Origin: the human T2T-CHM13v2.0 reference genome, Homo sapiens
NCBI RefSeq assembly: GCF_009914755.1
Contig: NC_060932.1
DNA length: 64,000 nucleotides
Direction: 5' to 3' (one strand)
Positions 27,837 through 43,670 of the stretch are shown piece by piece (position 1 is the first letter of the stretch; each line of letters starts with the position of its first letter). A program made the position numbers and the translations under genes. The notes under the pieces were generated by a model. That model saw nothing but the letters and a program-made list of their open reading frames with translations, was not told where the DNA came from and searched no databases.

Positions 27837-27883
27837 AGTGAAATCATCCCACAATCAAGATAATGAGCATACCATTATCCCCC
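27731..27883 (-). mobile_element. L1MB/ME 3' end fragment
   Basis: 'cttttattgaagtataatt...cacatttaaagtgtaca...acaatcaagataatgagcat'. Confidence 0.65.
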
Positions 27884-30384
27884 AATAGAAGCAATAATTA
27901 TTCACACCATTTTACCGATAAGATAGTTGATTTCATTTGTTGGGCATTACACTGGCTACTATGTGGTGAGCCAGGTCCTGAAGCTGTGTCAGCTAGATTT
28001 CAGAACCATCTCTCTTCCCACAGCATCAGCTTGTGTCTATCTGTCTGTCTCTGTCCCTCTCTCTCACTTTCTCCCCCTCTCTTTCCGTTCTCCACTCTGC
28101 CTGTCTTTCTGCCTCTGTCTCTCTGCCTCTAATATTGGGCACTCACTCTGAGTTAAAGGGTATATATTTAGATTCTCAACACTGTCATTGTAAGCCAGTA
28201 ACAATGATAACCAGAAATGCCAATTACAACTAACATGTATGACAAATCACTGTGAAGAATTCCTTATATGGTGCCATATTTGAGGCAACGTGGCCCTTAA
28301 AATTTTGACCTTGCAATCAGGCTGACCCAGGTTTGAACCTTAGTCCTCATATTTCCTGAATAACCCTGGGTGATCCAAGCATCCTCTCTGAGCCTTGACA
28401 TCCTTACTGGAAAAACGGAGAATAATGCCTATTTTAGAACTGATGTGAGAACCTCATGGCATAATCTACTTAGCACCATATTTGATAATAGCAAGTATTC
28501 CAAAACTATGATTATTAAAAGCATCATAGCATGATTTTCCTCCTTAAAGAATAGAGTTCTTTCTACACTGGTAAATAAATATACACACAAGAGCATGTCT
28601 TGATTTACCATATTGTATAACACCAGAACAACAGAAAATACAGTGTTTTTGAAAAGGAGTAGAGAAAATTGGAAATGGTTAACATCTTCCTTACTTTCTG
28701 TCCTTTTATGTTTATTTTTGGTAAAAGATTTTTGAGTAAAACATATGACTCTTTAGATATTAGTAGGTTTTTTTTTCTTTTTCTTTTTTTCACAAGTTTC
28801 CATTTAACTGCCCAGGTGTCAGGCCAGGAATGAGTTTCGCAGCTTTCTGTTAGTCCTCATTTTGTTAGTTTTAAATTCCATGGCTCAAATTTCAGTATAT
28901 ATGCACAATCATCTTTGAGCAGATCAGCAAATTCGAAAACATTTTCCAGGTCCTGTGGTCAATACAAAAATCAAGTTAATAGATTGTCATTGAAATAGAT
29001 AGTGAATTTGAATGTTCAAGAGATCAGCAGGTCAATACTGGAGAGAAATTAATCAGTATAAAAAGTATGTTGGAGGAGGGCCAATTTAAGTGGATTTTTT
29101 TTCTTTTAAATGAGAAATAATCACAGCAGGGGTTATTCATATCTTTGGAATATAACTGAAATCTTACCTTGTAAATCTTGGTCTTACAGACATTTCAGGA
29201 AGTGATCAGAATGTAAATAACCTACTTTGGAAACCTGGTCATTTGCCTTCTGTTCAATAAGGAGGTGGGAAGTTTCACAAAGGGTCTCTTTGTTCACTCC
29301 AACTCTCCATATGGCTTCGCTGACAGTAGCAGAGGGCAATATAAAATGAAATAAGTCAACAGGATTTGTTCTTTCCTCTTTTTAAAATAAGCATGCTAAG
29401 AAACAGGCAATGTATTAGATGCTGAGTGCACAAGGGGATAAAAGCCACATTCCTTATCTCTTAAGAGCTATACATCTTTAATTTTAGCTGGGACAGCTAA
29501 GTATATCCACATTAAAAAATAAAAAATAGTGTATGGCTAAAAACAGGCACCACATGAACGATATGGACGAGAAATACTTTTGTAAGAAAGAAATTACTTT
29601 GAGCTAAAGTCAGGTTACTGTGGTGTGGAAGTCAAGCAAGCGTGGAAATCAAGCAGGCTTGGTGCAAGACATAGATTCTGAGCTGGACTCAGGGTTGGAT
29701 TTTATCAGGAAGACTGTGGAGAATGACAAAAGCGAATCCTCAGAGAATGAAAGGTCAAATTCACCTCCAAACTCTTGCTAATCACATATTCCTCTGCCTA
29801 GTCCATCTGTACTGTGACTCTTCCCAATCCCAAACTGTCTTGAAATAGGATTATTAGACTTCATCCATCACTTCAACGTATCAATATATTGTTGTTTCGT
29901 TAACCACTGCATCTTTTGTCTATGTTACGTATTCTTCCAGGTTACATAAAAGGCATTTGAGGAGGGCACTTAGAGGTTTTTGGCTCATGCTGTTGGAGGG
30001 AGGATATTGTTATTCAGCCAAGTAGGAAACATCAAAAGAAGACTTTATTTGGGGGAAAGGTCCTTAGTTTGGTGTTGAATAAATTGAGTTTGAAGTGACT
30101 TTGAGACAACTTGTGGAATTAACTATAGCTATCATTGAGTGTTTTATGACAGAAAATTGTTATTTTCTCTTTCTCACTTTTCTTTCTCTTTGCAAGGAGC
30201 AACAATTTTGCAAAATATGTAATGCACATGTATTATTTTAAAAGTAGAAAAAATAAAATAATAAATAACATGAACAATTCAAGAGTTTTAAAAAATTAAT
30301 ATTACTCATGAGATTTTATTTTGATCCAATTATTTTATAAAAATGTGAACAGCAAAGCACCAAATTTAGAGGCTTCATTACAGA

Positions 30385-30800
30385 GGGTATCTTCAACTGC
30401 TGCCATACGAATCTTTAAAATGTGCAATGTCTCAACACAATGAAAATTTATCGTTTTTTCACATAAGCACAAAAACAGTGTTCCTAACTAGTGAGCAGTC
30501 TCCTCCAAAGGAAGTCAGGGACCTAGTACTTTCCATCTGTTGGCTCTCCCATCTTTAGTGTGTGCCTTCTGTGGTTGCTACCCTTGTCTTCTTCAGGTGA
30601 TGGAAAAATAAAAAGCATGGAGGATTTTTCCATGAGGCATTTCTTTGCTCCAGACTTGAAAGTGGCACAAATCACTTCTCATATTCCACTGGCTAGAACT
30701 AAGTTACATGGGTTTATCTTCAATGGAGGCTGGGAATTATATTCTGGCTTGTGTGTCCAGTAAGAATAGTGAACAGGTTTTGTGGCAAACTAGGAAAATT
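30385..30800 (-). mobile_element. Old MLT1 (K/L-type) LTR
   Basis: 'gaaagtggcacaaatcacttctcatattccactggctagaact...ggctgggaa'. Confidence 0.55.
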
Positions 30801-31117
30801 CTGCCTCATGTGTCAAGTGCGCATTCAGTACTTTCCCTCTACAATGGCATCTTATTGGCATCTTTTTAGTTCCTTCTTTAATTATTATCTGGTTAACATT
30901 TTCATATGCACACACACAAGTAGATAGGGTATTAGTGGCTTTGGTGCAATTCAGAGATATAAGTAAGCATTCCCCTGGAATATCAACCTATTAATGCTGT
31001 GTTAAAGAAAATGAAGTTAGATTGAAGTGACTTGTTCTGACTGAATGAATCACTCTTTTATTTTTTAGTGCATATCAATCATTACATTAAATATTAATTT
31101 TAGAAATTTGTGGAGAT

Positions 31118-31360
31118 CAATGTGGTCTTGGTTTGGGTTTGGTTTGTTCTTGTTTCTCTAGTTTCTTGAGGTGTGAACTTAGATCATCTATTTGTGCTCT
31201 TTCAGACTTTTGGATGTAGGCATTTAATGCTGTGAACTTTCCTCTTAGCACCGCTTTTGCTGTATCCCAGTGGTATTGATTGGTTCTGTCACTGTTATTG
31301 TTTAGTTCAAAGAATTTTAACATTTCCATCTTGATTTTATTGTTGACCCAAAGATCATTC
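31118..31360 (-). mobile_element. Isolated internal L1 (L1PB-like) ORF2 fragment
   Basis: ORF peptide '[19 protein letters not shown]...[10 protein letters not shown]'. Confidence 0.85.
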
Positions 31361-32285
<925 letters not shown>

Positions 32286-32819
32286 GTGACCAGCTAGAAC
32301 TCTCTAGCTAAGTAAATTGTTCCCCAACCAGTATTTTTTGTTGGAATTCAGAATGACTTTTTGACCATTATAAATTACTGTGCCTCATGAATTTTAGGGC
32401 TTGATTGAGAATAAAGTCATGAATGTTAATTCCTCAATGATTAAGGGTTCATTTATATTTACAAGTGGAAAATTGTACCTGGCTTCAAGAACTTACAATT
32501 TAATTGGAAAGACTGAACCCTCATGAAGGTAGGAAGAGAGTAAATGCAAAATGACATGGTGAAATGTATTGAAATTTTTATCCCCCCCGTCAGCTTCCCT
32601 TATCATTACTCTATTCTATAAGGGTAGAGTTTTGAGGGTCAAAAGGTCTTCTATTTTCTGTCTATAAGAGCTGTTTGTTGTTAACCTAAGAGCGGAGACC
32701 TAGGACTCAAGAAATTCAGTTTTATTATCTTATGTTTGAATTTTTTTGGTTGCTTCTGGCTTGCAAGTCCTAGGATGTTGAGGTCTAATAGTGACTCTAC
32801 TTAGTAAGTCATAGATAGG

Positions 32820-33614
32820 TGTTGTGAGTTGAACTGTATTTCTCCAAAAGAAACATATTGAGATTTTAATTCAAGTATTTATTTGCTATGGTCTGAATAT
32901 TTGTAGCCCCCAAAATTCATATGTTAAAACCTAATCTCAATGTGATGGTGTTAGAAAGTGAGGCCTTTGGGAAGTGATGAGGTCATGAGAATAGAGCCCT
33001 CATGAATGGGATTAGTGCCCTTATAAAAGAAGCCCCAGAGAGCTGACTTGTGCTTCTATCATGTGAGGACACAGTGAGAAGGCACCATCTATGAACCAGG
33101 GAACAAGCCTTCATCAGACCCTGAATCTGTTGGCACCTTGACCTTGGACTTCCCAGCCTCCAGAACTGTAAGAAATAAATGTTTGTTGTTTATAGGCCAT
33201 CCAGTTAATGGTATTTTGTTATAGAAGCCTGAATGGACTAAGATACCTTAAATGTGACCTTATTTGGAAATAAGGTTTTGCAGATATTATCAAGTTAAGA
33301 TGACGTCACCCTGGATTAAAGTGGATGACTAGTGTCCTTATAAGAAGAGAGAGATTTAAAGGCACAGGGAAGAAGGCCATGGGTATACAGACGCAGAAAT
33401 TGGAGCTGTGCTGCCATAAGCCAAGGAATGCCAAGGATTGCCAGCAACCACCAGAAGCTAGGAGAAGTGAGAAAGTATGATCCCCTAGACCCTAAGAGGG
33501 AACATGGCCCTGCTGACATTCTCAGACTTCTAGCCTTCAAATTGTGAGATGAAAAATCTCTGTTGTAAGCTTTCCCATTTGTGATTTGTTACAGCAGCTT
33601 TAGGAAACTGATAC
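32820..33614 (+). mobile_element. MLT1C-type LTR, interrupted by MLT1A
   Basis: 'aatgtgaccttatttggaaataagg', 'agccaaggaatgccaaggattgccagcaaccaccagaagctagg'. Confidence 0.8.
32884..33245 (+). mobile_element. MLT1A0-type LTR nested in MLT1C
   Basis: 'tgctatggtctgaat...gcctgaatggactaagata'. Confidence 0.82.
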
Positions 33615-33889
33615 TGTAGGAGAGAGTGCCATCTCAGCTCAACATCTGCCTAATCAATGCCCATGCCCCAAACTTGTAAGGGGGCAAGAAGTTGTTGCCA
33701 TCCCTTTCCAGAGTACTTCCTGACTTGCCAACTTTCTCCAGACCAAACACACTCTAGATGGAGAGACATATAGTTCCTTTACAGAGTTAAGGGCAATTGC
33801 AGCAATAACCTCAATTTTAATGTCTCTCTTTATTCATTCCCTTTGAAAGTGCTCTCTCATACTGGGTTTGGATCTGTGGTGCTGTTTTG

Positions 33890-34185
33890 TTTTTTTCTGG
33901 TCAGTGGGACAGTAGCAAATACAATTCAAGCAGAGATATAGGATGTGCTTGAACATCTGGGGTTGCCCTCTTATTGCTCTCAGACCTTATTGCTATGTGA
34001 ACCCACCTGGGAGAGGCTGCTGGAGAATGAGAGACATCCCAGTCATTCCACCTGAGGCTTTCATAAGCCAGTCAGCTCCACCTGGCTCACACACTAACCC
34101 CGGACTCATAAACAAGCCCAGCCAAGATTGACAAGGCCCACCCAAGAGCAGAATTTCTGCCCAGCTGAGTCCAGTCCAAGTTACT
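33890..34185 (+). mobile_element. MLT1G/H-type LTR, 5' part (3' end probably at ~41262-41348)
   Basis: 'aagcccagccaagat...cccagctgagtccagtccaa'; the end 'aataaatggtgttg...tttggggtggtttgttatgcagcaa' follows the L1. Confidence 0.5.
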
Positions 34186-34284
34186 CTTGTGAATTTTGTT
34201 AATAAGTAGGTATTAAAAGTATAGCTACTATCAAGTATGATTATGATTTTTTTTTTTAAATTTTAAAAGAAGAGGGGGCAGGAC

Positions 34285-34293
34285 CAAGATGGC
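34285..34293 (+). promoter_or_regulatory. YY1 site of the L1 internal promoter
   Basis: CAAGATGGC about 12 nt from the L1 5' end, the established position. Confidence 0.7.
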
Positions 34294-37200
34294 TGACTAG
34301 AAGCAGTGGTGGTCAGAGGCTCACATTGAAAAGAATCAAAAGAGTGTGCGAATCCTGCACTGGCAACCAAGTATCCAGGTTCTGTCTCAGGACTGACTAG
34401 GTGGCTGGCATGACCCATGGAGAGGAAGGAAGAGCAGTGTTGTGCGGCAGCCCACGGGAGAGCCACATGAGGCGGGGGAGCCCTCACCCCTCAGCCAAGG
34501 GAGGTGATAAGTTAGCTTGCTACCCAGCCTGGGAAACCGTGCCTTTTCCACGGATCTGTGCAACCCACAGATTGAAAGATCCCACTCATGAGCCCACACC
34601 ATTGGAGCCTAGGATCCCAATCACGGAGCCACTCAGATTCAGAACAGCCACTTGACTAGAATCTGCCTAAGTCTGCTGAGTTCCCAGGGGGAGTGGTGGC
34701 CAGCACCACAGCCCAGCTGCCTGCTGTCTAAGCCATCTGAGTTCCTTGCGGGAGGTGTGGCAGCCAACACTGGGGCTGCTAGCTGCCTAACACACTAAGC
34801 TCCCGGAGTGGCGAGGGGGCGGGGCGGGGGGGCAAAGGAATGGCGGCAGCCATTTCTATGGCTCCAGGCAACACTTTTCCCCTGCTGGAGCCAAGGATAA
34901 TGGACCTCTTGGTCCCAAGAGGTATTCCCCACAGCCCAACACACCGGCTGTGGCAGACTGTGGCCAGAGTGCCTCTTCAGGCCGGACACTGGCCCATTTC
35001 TCCTCACTGGGCAGGGCCTCCCTGCAGGAACTTCAACTGCAGCCAGGGGCTCAGGGTCAGAACTCTGATCTCACTGGGCCTGAGCCACTAGCAGGAGGGG
35101 TGGCCATAGTCTCCATGGACCAGCATAATTAGTCTTTCCTTCTGCTAGCTCTGAGGAATCCATCAGCCCAGACGAGTAAGATTCCCCCCAGTGCGGCACA
35201 CCCTCTCCACCGAGGGACAATCAAAGTGCTTTGTTAAATGGGTCCTGCTTCCTATGCCACCCAACTGGGTGAGACCCTCCAACAGGGGTTGTCAGACACC
35301 CTATACAGGAGCTTTCCTACTGGCATCAAGTTGGCGCCCCTCAAGGTCAGAGATTCCAGAGGAAGGAGCAGGCACCCATTTTTGCTGTTCCCCAGCCTCC
35401 TCAAGTGACATCTCCAGGCATGGGAGTGAACCAGAAGAATAGGGACAGAAGGGAACCCCTAGCAAACTGCACAGCCCTACAGAAGAGGGACCTGACTATT
35501 GAAAGAAAAACAAACACAACGGAAAGAAACAACAACAGCATCAAAAAAAAAAAAAAGTCCCCACAAAAACCTCATCCAAGGGTCAGCAGCCTCAAAGATC
35601 GACTAGACAAACTCTTGAAGATGAGAAAGAATCAATGAAAAAATGCTGAAAACCCAAAAGGCCAGAGTGCCTCTTCTCCTCCAAATAATCACTACACCTC
35701 TCCAGTAAGGGTGCTGAACTGTATGGAGAATGAGATGGACGAATTGACAGAAGTAGGCTTCAGAAGGTGGGTAATAAAAAAATTCTGCCAAGGTAAAGGA
35801 ACATGCTCTAACTCAACGCAAAGAAGCTAAGAACCTTGATAAAAGGTTACAGGAGCTGCTAACTAGAATAATCAGTTTAGAGAGGAACATAAATGACCTC
35901 ATGGAGCTGAAAAACACAGCACAAGAACATCTTGAAGCATACGCAAGTATCAATAGCTGAGTAGATCAAGTGGAAGAAAGAATATCAGAGATTGAAGACT
36001 ATCCTGCTGAAATAAAGCAGGCAGACAAAATTAGAGAAAAAGAATAAAAATGAATGAACAAAACCACCAAGAAATTTGGGGCTATGTAAAAAGACCAAAC
36101 CTATGATTGATTGGAGTAACTGCAAGAGATGGTAAGAATAGAACCAAGCTGGAAAACACACTTCAGGGTATTATCCAGGAGAACTTCCCCAACCTAGTAA
36201 GACAGGCCAACATTCAAATTCAGGAAGTACAGAGAACAACACTAAGATATTCCACGAGAAGATCCACGCCAAGACACATAATCATCAGATTCTCCACGGT
36301 TGAAATGAAGGAAAAAATGTTAAGGGCAGCCCGAGAGAAAGGCCAGGTCACCTACAAAGGGAAGCCCATCAGAGTAACAGCAGATCTGTCAGCAGAAACC
36401 CTACAAGCCAGAAGAGAGTGAGGGCCAATATTCAACATTCTTAAAGAAAAGAATTTTCAACACAGAATTTCATATCCGGACAAACTAAGCTTCATAAGCC
36501 AAAGAAATAAAATCCTTTCCAGACAAGCAAATGCTGAGGGATTTCATCACCACCAGGTCTGGCTTGCAAGAGCTCCTGAAAAAAATCACTAAATATGGAA
36601 AGGAAAAACCAGTATCCACCACTGCAAAAACACACCAAAATATAAAAACCAATGACACTATGAATAAACTGCATGAACTAATGTGCAAAATAACCAGCTA
36701 GCATCATGATGAAAGGATCAAATTCACACAAAAGAATACTAACCTTAAATGTAAATAGGCTAAATGCTCCAATTAAAAGAGAAAGACTGGCAAATTGGAT
36801 AAAGGGTCAAGACCCATTGGTGTGCTGTGTTTTAGAAACCCATCTCACATGCAAAGACACACATAGGCTCAAAATAAAGGGATAGAGGAAAATTTGGCAA
36901 GCAAATGGAAAGAAAAAAAAGCAGGGGTTGCAATCCTAATTTCTGGAAAAACAGACTTTAAACCAACAAAGATCAGAAAAGACAAAGAAGGGCATTACAT
37001 AATGGTAAAGGAATCAATTCAACAAGAAGAGCTATCCTAAATATATATGCATCCAATACAGGAGCACCAAGATTCATAAAACAAGTTCTTAGAGACCTAC
37101 AGAGAGACTTAGACTCCCCCACCATAATAGTGGGAGACTTTAACACCCCACTGTCAATATTAGACAGATCAACAAGACAGAAAGTTAACAAGGATATTCA

Positions 37201-38636
37201 GGACTTGAACTCAGCTCTGGATAAAGTCGACTTAATAGATATCTACAGAACTCTCCACCCCAAATCAAGAGAATATACATTCTTCTCAGTGCCACATGGA
37301 ACTTATTCTAAAATCAACCACATAATTGGAAGCAAAATACTTCTCAGCAAATGCAAAAGAACTGAAATAATAACAAACAGTGTCTCAGACCACAGTGCAA
37401 TCAAATTAGAACTCAGGATTAAGAAACTTACTCAAAACCACACAACTACATGGAAATTGAACAACCTGCTCCTGAAGGACTCCTGGGTGAATAATGAAAT
37501 TAAGTTAGAAATCAAGACGTTCTTGGAAACCAATGAGAACAAAGAGGCAATATACCAGAATCTCTGAGACAGATAAAGCAGGGTTAAGAGGAAATTTATA
37601 ACACTAAATGCCCACATCAGAAAGCTAGAAAGATCTCAAATCAACACCCTAACTTCATAATTAAAAGAACTAGAGAGGCAAGAGCAAACAAATCCAAAAG
37701 TTAGCAGAAGACAAGAAATAACTAAGATCAAAGCAGTACTGAAGGAAATAGAAACATGAGAAACCCTCCAAAAAATCAATGAATCCGGGAGCTGGTTTTT
37801 TGAAAAAATTAACAAAATAGATAGACCACTAGGTAGACTAATAAAGAAGAAGAGAGAGAAGAATCAAATGGACACAATAAAAAATGATAAAGGGGATATC
37901 ATAACTGACCCCAGAGAAATACAAACTGCCATCAGAGAATACTATAAACACCTCTATGCAAATAAACTAGAAAATCTAGAAGAAATGGATAAAATCCTGG
38001 ACACATACACCCTCCCAAGACTAAACTAGGAAGAAGTCAAATCCCTGAACAGACTAATAACAAATTCTGAAATTGAGGCAGTAATTAATAGCCTACCCAC
38101 TAAAAAAGCCCAGGACCAGGTGGATTCACAGCCAAACTCTACTGGAGATACAAAGAAGAGCTGGTACCATTCCTACTGAAACTACTGCAAAAAATTGAAA
38201 AGGAGAGATTCCTCCATCACTAATTTTATGAAGCCAGCATCATCCTGATACCATAACCTGACAAAGAGACAACAAAAAAATAAAACTTCAGGCCAATATC
38301 CTTGATGAACATCAATGCAAAAATCCTCAATAAAATACTGGCAAATCTAATCCAGAAGTACATCAAAAAGCTTATTCACCATGATCAAGATGGTTTCATC
38401 CCTGCGACGCAAGTCTGGTTCAACATATGCAAATCAATAAACGTAATCCATCACATAAACGAACCAAAGACAGAAACCATATGATTATCTCAATAGATGC
38501 AAAAAAGGCCTTTGATAAAATTCAACATCGCTTCATATTAAAAACTCTCAATAAACTACATATTGATGGAACATATCTCAAAATAATAAGAGCTGTTTAT
38601 GACAAACCAACAGCCAATATCATACTGAATGGGTAA

Positions 38637-38765
<129 letters not shown>

Positions 38766-39379
38766 TAGGAAGAGAGGAAGTCAAATTATCTCTGCAGATG
38801 ACATGATTCTATATTGGGAAAACTCCATAGTCTCAGCCCAAATACTCCTTAAGTTGATAAGCAACTTCGGCAAAGTCTCAGGATACAAAATCAATGTGCA
38901 GAAATCACAAGTATTCCTATACACCAACAATAGACAAGCAGACAGCCAAATCATGAGTGATCTCCCATTTACAATTGCTGCAAAGAAAATAAAATATCTA
39001 GGAATACAGCTAACAAGGGACATAAAAGGCCTCTTCAAGAACTACAAACCACTGCTCAAGGAAATAAGAGAGAACACAAACAAATGGAAAAACATTCCAT
39101 CCTCTTGGATAGAAAGAATCAATATCATGAAAATGGCCATATTGTCCAAAGTAATTTATCAATTCAATGCTATTCCAATCAGACTATCATTGATGTTCTT
39201 CACAGAATTAGAAAGAACTATTTTAAATTTCATATAAAACCAAAAAAGAACCTGTATAGCCAAGACAATTCTAAGCAAAAAGAAGAAAGTTGAAGGCATC
39301 ATGCTACCTGACTTCAAACTATACTATAAGCCTACAGTAACCAAAACAGCATGGTACTGGTACCAAAACAGACATATAG

Positions 39380-39812
<433 letters not shown>

Positions 39813-42800
39813 TAATGCTGGGGGAAATGATTCCCTTTTTAATAAATAGTGCTGGGAAAACTGCCTAGCCATATGCAGAAAATGAAAACTGGACCCCTTC
39901 CTTACACCTTATACAAAAATTAACTCAAGATGGATTAAAGACTTAAATGCAAAACCCAAAACCATAAAAACCCTAGAAGAAAACCCAGGCAATACCATTC
40001 AGGACATGGGCATGGGCAAAGATTTCATGATGAAAACGCCAAAAGCAACTGCAACAAAAGGTAAAATTGACAAATGGGATATAATTAAACTAAAGAGCTT
40101 CTGCACAGCAAAAGAAACTATCATCAGAGTGAAAAGGCAACCTACAGAATGAGAGAAAATTTTTGCAATCTACCCATCTGACAAAGGTCTAATATCCAGA
40201 ATCTACAAGGACCTTAAACAAATTTATGAGAAAAAAACAAACAACCCCATCCAAAAGTGGGCAAAGAATATGAACAGACTCTTCTCAAAGAAGACATTTA
40301 TGTGGCTAACAAACATGAAAAAAAGCTCAACATCACTGATCATTAGAGAAATGCAAATCAAAACCCCAGCGAGATACCGTCTCACGTCAGTCACAATGAC
40401 GATTATTAAAAAGTCAAGAAACAACAGATGCTGACGAGGCTGTGGAATGTAAATTAGTTCAATCATTGTGGAAGATAGTGTGGCTATTCCTCAAGGATCT
40501 TGAACTAGAAATATCATTTGACCCAGCAATCCCATTACCGGGTATATACCCAAAGGATTATAAGTTATTCTACTATAAAGATACATGCACATGTATGTTT
40601 ATTGCAGCACTATTTACAATAGCAATGACATGGAACCAACAACCCTAATGCCCATCAATGATAGACTGGATAAAAAAATGTGGTACATATACACCACGAA
40701 ATACAATGCAGTCATAAAAAGGAATGAGATCATGTCCTTTGCAGGGACATGGATGAAGCTGGAAGCCATCATCCTCAGCAAACTAACACAGGAACAGAAA
40801 ACCAAACATCGCATGTTCTCACTCATAAGTGGGAGTTGAACAATGAGAACACATGGGCACAGGGAGGGGAACAACACACACCAGGGCCTGTGGGCGGGGC
40901 CGGGGGGGGGCAGGCACAAGTGGAGGGAGAGCATCAGGACAAATAGCTAATGCATGAGGGGCTTAAAACCTAGATGATGGGTTCATAGGTTCAGCAAACC
41001 ACCATGGCACACGTTTACCTGTGTAACAAACCTGCATGTTCTGCACATGTATCCCAGAACTTAAAGTAAAATAAAAATTTAAAAAAGTAAGACTCTTCTA
41101 TTAATTAAAGATTATGTAACTGTAAGTATATCCTCTGAATTTTCACTATTGGCTTTTAATGATGATCAGATGACATTGTAAATTTGTCCTGAGTTTCCTG
41201 TCATATTTGTTATCTCAACCAACTCTTTGTCAGACAGTTAATTTTTTTTATCTCTTCTCTGCATCCTGAGAGCGGAGGTGAATAAATGGTGTTGTTACAC
41301 GCAGCTGAATTTTGGGGTGGTTTGTTATGCAGCAAGTCCTACCTGATAGAGAAAGGTTGGCAGATCCCCCAGAGAAGCCACACTAATAGCCCCCAAGGAA
41401 GAAGCCTCAGGCAGAATCAGACCTTCAGAAATAAGGATGTTTTCTTCCTCTTAGCATTTGCAACTCCTATTTCTCACTCTATTAAGGAAGAGATTTGAAT
41501 ATTAGAGAAAACTTAATTGAATCTAATACTCCCCCACCCCGAATGAGTAAGTAGAAGCCACTCACAGCTATCTTTCTTGATGCATATGACAAGCTCAGGA
41601 CAAAATCAGATGACCCTTAGCAGAGCAACGTTAGGGTATAATAAAAGACATGCTAATGGGAAGATGTGTTTTCCTCATATAAGAATATAACGTGTTGTTT
41701 CGGAAAAAGTAATGTCTGCTGTAGGGAAGTGTGCCAGCTTCCTAGGCAACTTCCAAGGAAATCAGCTACAGCTTCCAGGTGGGGAGATTGAACTGGAATA
41801 AGGAGCACTGACAACCCCCTGCTGACCCCTTAATAATGCCAGAACCTACTTGACCCCTTTCAACTAACCAAAGGAAAAATTTCATTAGCCTCCAGCCCAA
41901 ACTTGAGAAACTTGGTAGTTTGTAGAAAACAAGAAGAAGGATCAAGGAGTGGAAGGAACCTCTTCCTCGCATGGAGAGCGGGGAGTCAGGACACCCAACC
42001 GAGGCATTGGAAGTAGGAGTCTAGGGTAAGAGGATGGACATGAAGGAGAGGAGAAAGTGAGCATTTGTGCAGATATCAACTTTCCAAAGGCTTAATCCTG
42101 TCAGGACTTTCTTCCTATGCAGTGAGGATGAGGCAATATATGTACAAGAAAAAGACCTAGCCTCACTCACAGCACTGCTTCTACCAGGCGTGGGAGGCAC
42201 AGTAGATCCTCTGAAATGGCACAGAAGCAAACTTCAATTCGTTTTATGTGGGGTGCAAGGGGTTAAGGGAAGGCTGTAGCGGAGAAGCAGTGGCAGGAGC
42301 CTCAGCCCTCCCTGTGGGGCACTAGACTGTCTTCACTGGGGATCAGCTGCCTAGAGAGAAAACGGTAGGCTGGAGAGCCAGCAAAACGGAAACTGAATTT
42401 CCTCATTATCTTTCCCTGCACCCCACCATCCCACCGCCAAACAAAAGACGCCAGGAAGTTACCTGGGTGAGAGAGAAGAGGGGAGGATTTTGCACAGCTG
42501 GGGTATACAAAATATCCACAAATGCAAGTGATAGCAGACCGTTAGAATAAATAGATCCCTAGAGGAGTAAGGAAGTACTCAGAAAGAATGGTATTATCTG
42601 ATAAACATTTGAAAAATCATTTTATTGTTTTTCTTTGCTGATAAAATTAATATGCATTCATAACATATAATTTTTAAAGTTCACAGAAGAATAAGAAAAT
42701 ACTACCTACAATATTTTCGTGAATATATGTGTGTATATTTATGTTTACATGTGTGTATATAATGGTTTTAGGTTTTTTTCTAGACACATATTTTCCAAAA

Positions 42801-42892
42801 TTGGAATCATACTATGTATAGATTTGTAATCTATTTTAATTTTTATTTAATGGTATATAACAATTATGCTTAAATGCCATTAGAGAGTATAG

Positions 42893-43200
42893 TTTTTGTT
42901 TTTTTTTTTTGTGACAAGATCTTGCTCCATCAGCCAGGCTAGAGTGCAGTGGCAGCGTTACGCTGTCTGCAGCGTTGACCCCTGGGCTCAAGGGATCCTC
43001 CTACCTCAACCTCTCAAGTAGCTAGGATTACAAGCACACACCACCATGCCCGGCTAATTTTTTTTTTTTTTTTTGCATTTTTTTGTACAGTTGGGGTTTT
43101 GCCATGTTGCCCAGGCTGGTCTTCAACTCCTGGCTTCAAGCTATCCTCCCGCCTCGGCCTCCAAAAGTCCTGGAATTATAGGCATGAACCACCACTCTCA
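42893..43200 (-). mobile_element. AluJ
   Basis: Diverged Alu; 'ctgggctcaagggatcctcc'. Confidence 0.88.
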
Positions 43201-43434
43201 GTTAAGAATTCAGTTTTAATGGCTATACTGTATCACGTCTTACAAATGCAGCCTAATATTTTTTACATTATCTTCTATTTTTAAATGTTAGCTTGTAGCT
43301 ATATCACATTTCCACATTGTACTGAAAATTTCTGTAAATAAACTTTATGTATATTTCTGACTTTTTAAAATAATAAATTATTAGGAATTCTACACATTAG
43401 AACAAAGCATATGTATATATTTTAGTATTTAAAT

Positions 43435-43670
43435 ACTAAGACTTTGGGTTCTGGAGCCAGAAATCTTGGTTTTGGCAACCAGACAGTCATTTACTTGTGG
43501 TATAGTCTTAGGCTATTAGTAATATCTTTTCAGGGCTCAGTTTCTTCATTTGTAAAATGACAATCAAAATAAAAACACCTAGCTTCCAGAAGGACCATGA
43601 TAATTTAATGGGCAAATACAAAAGCCTTTTGCAAGGTGTAAAGGCTATACAAATGTTAGCCGTTGGTATT
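43435..43670 (+). mobile_element. MIR
   Basis: 'ttctggagccag...ggctcagtttcttcatttgtaaaatg'. Confidence 0.7.

Noticed and set aside
40860-40930. G-rich potential G-quadruplex (also 34813-34832)
   Set aside because: G-tracts in L1 UTRs are an expected feature, only locally expanded here.
41158-41268. C/D-box snoRNA-like motifs (ATGATGA ... CTGA)
   Set aside because: No convincing terminal stem, no recognisable rRNA guide and no evident host gene.
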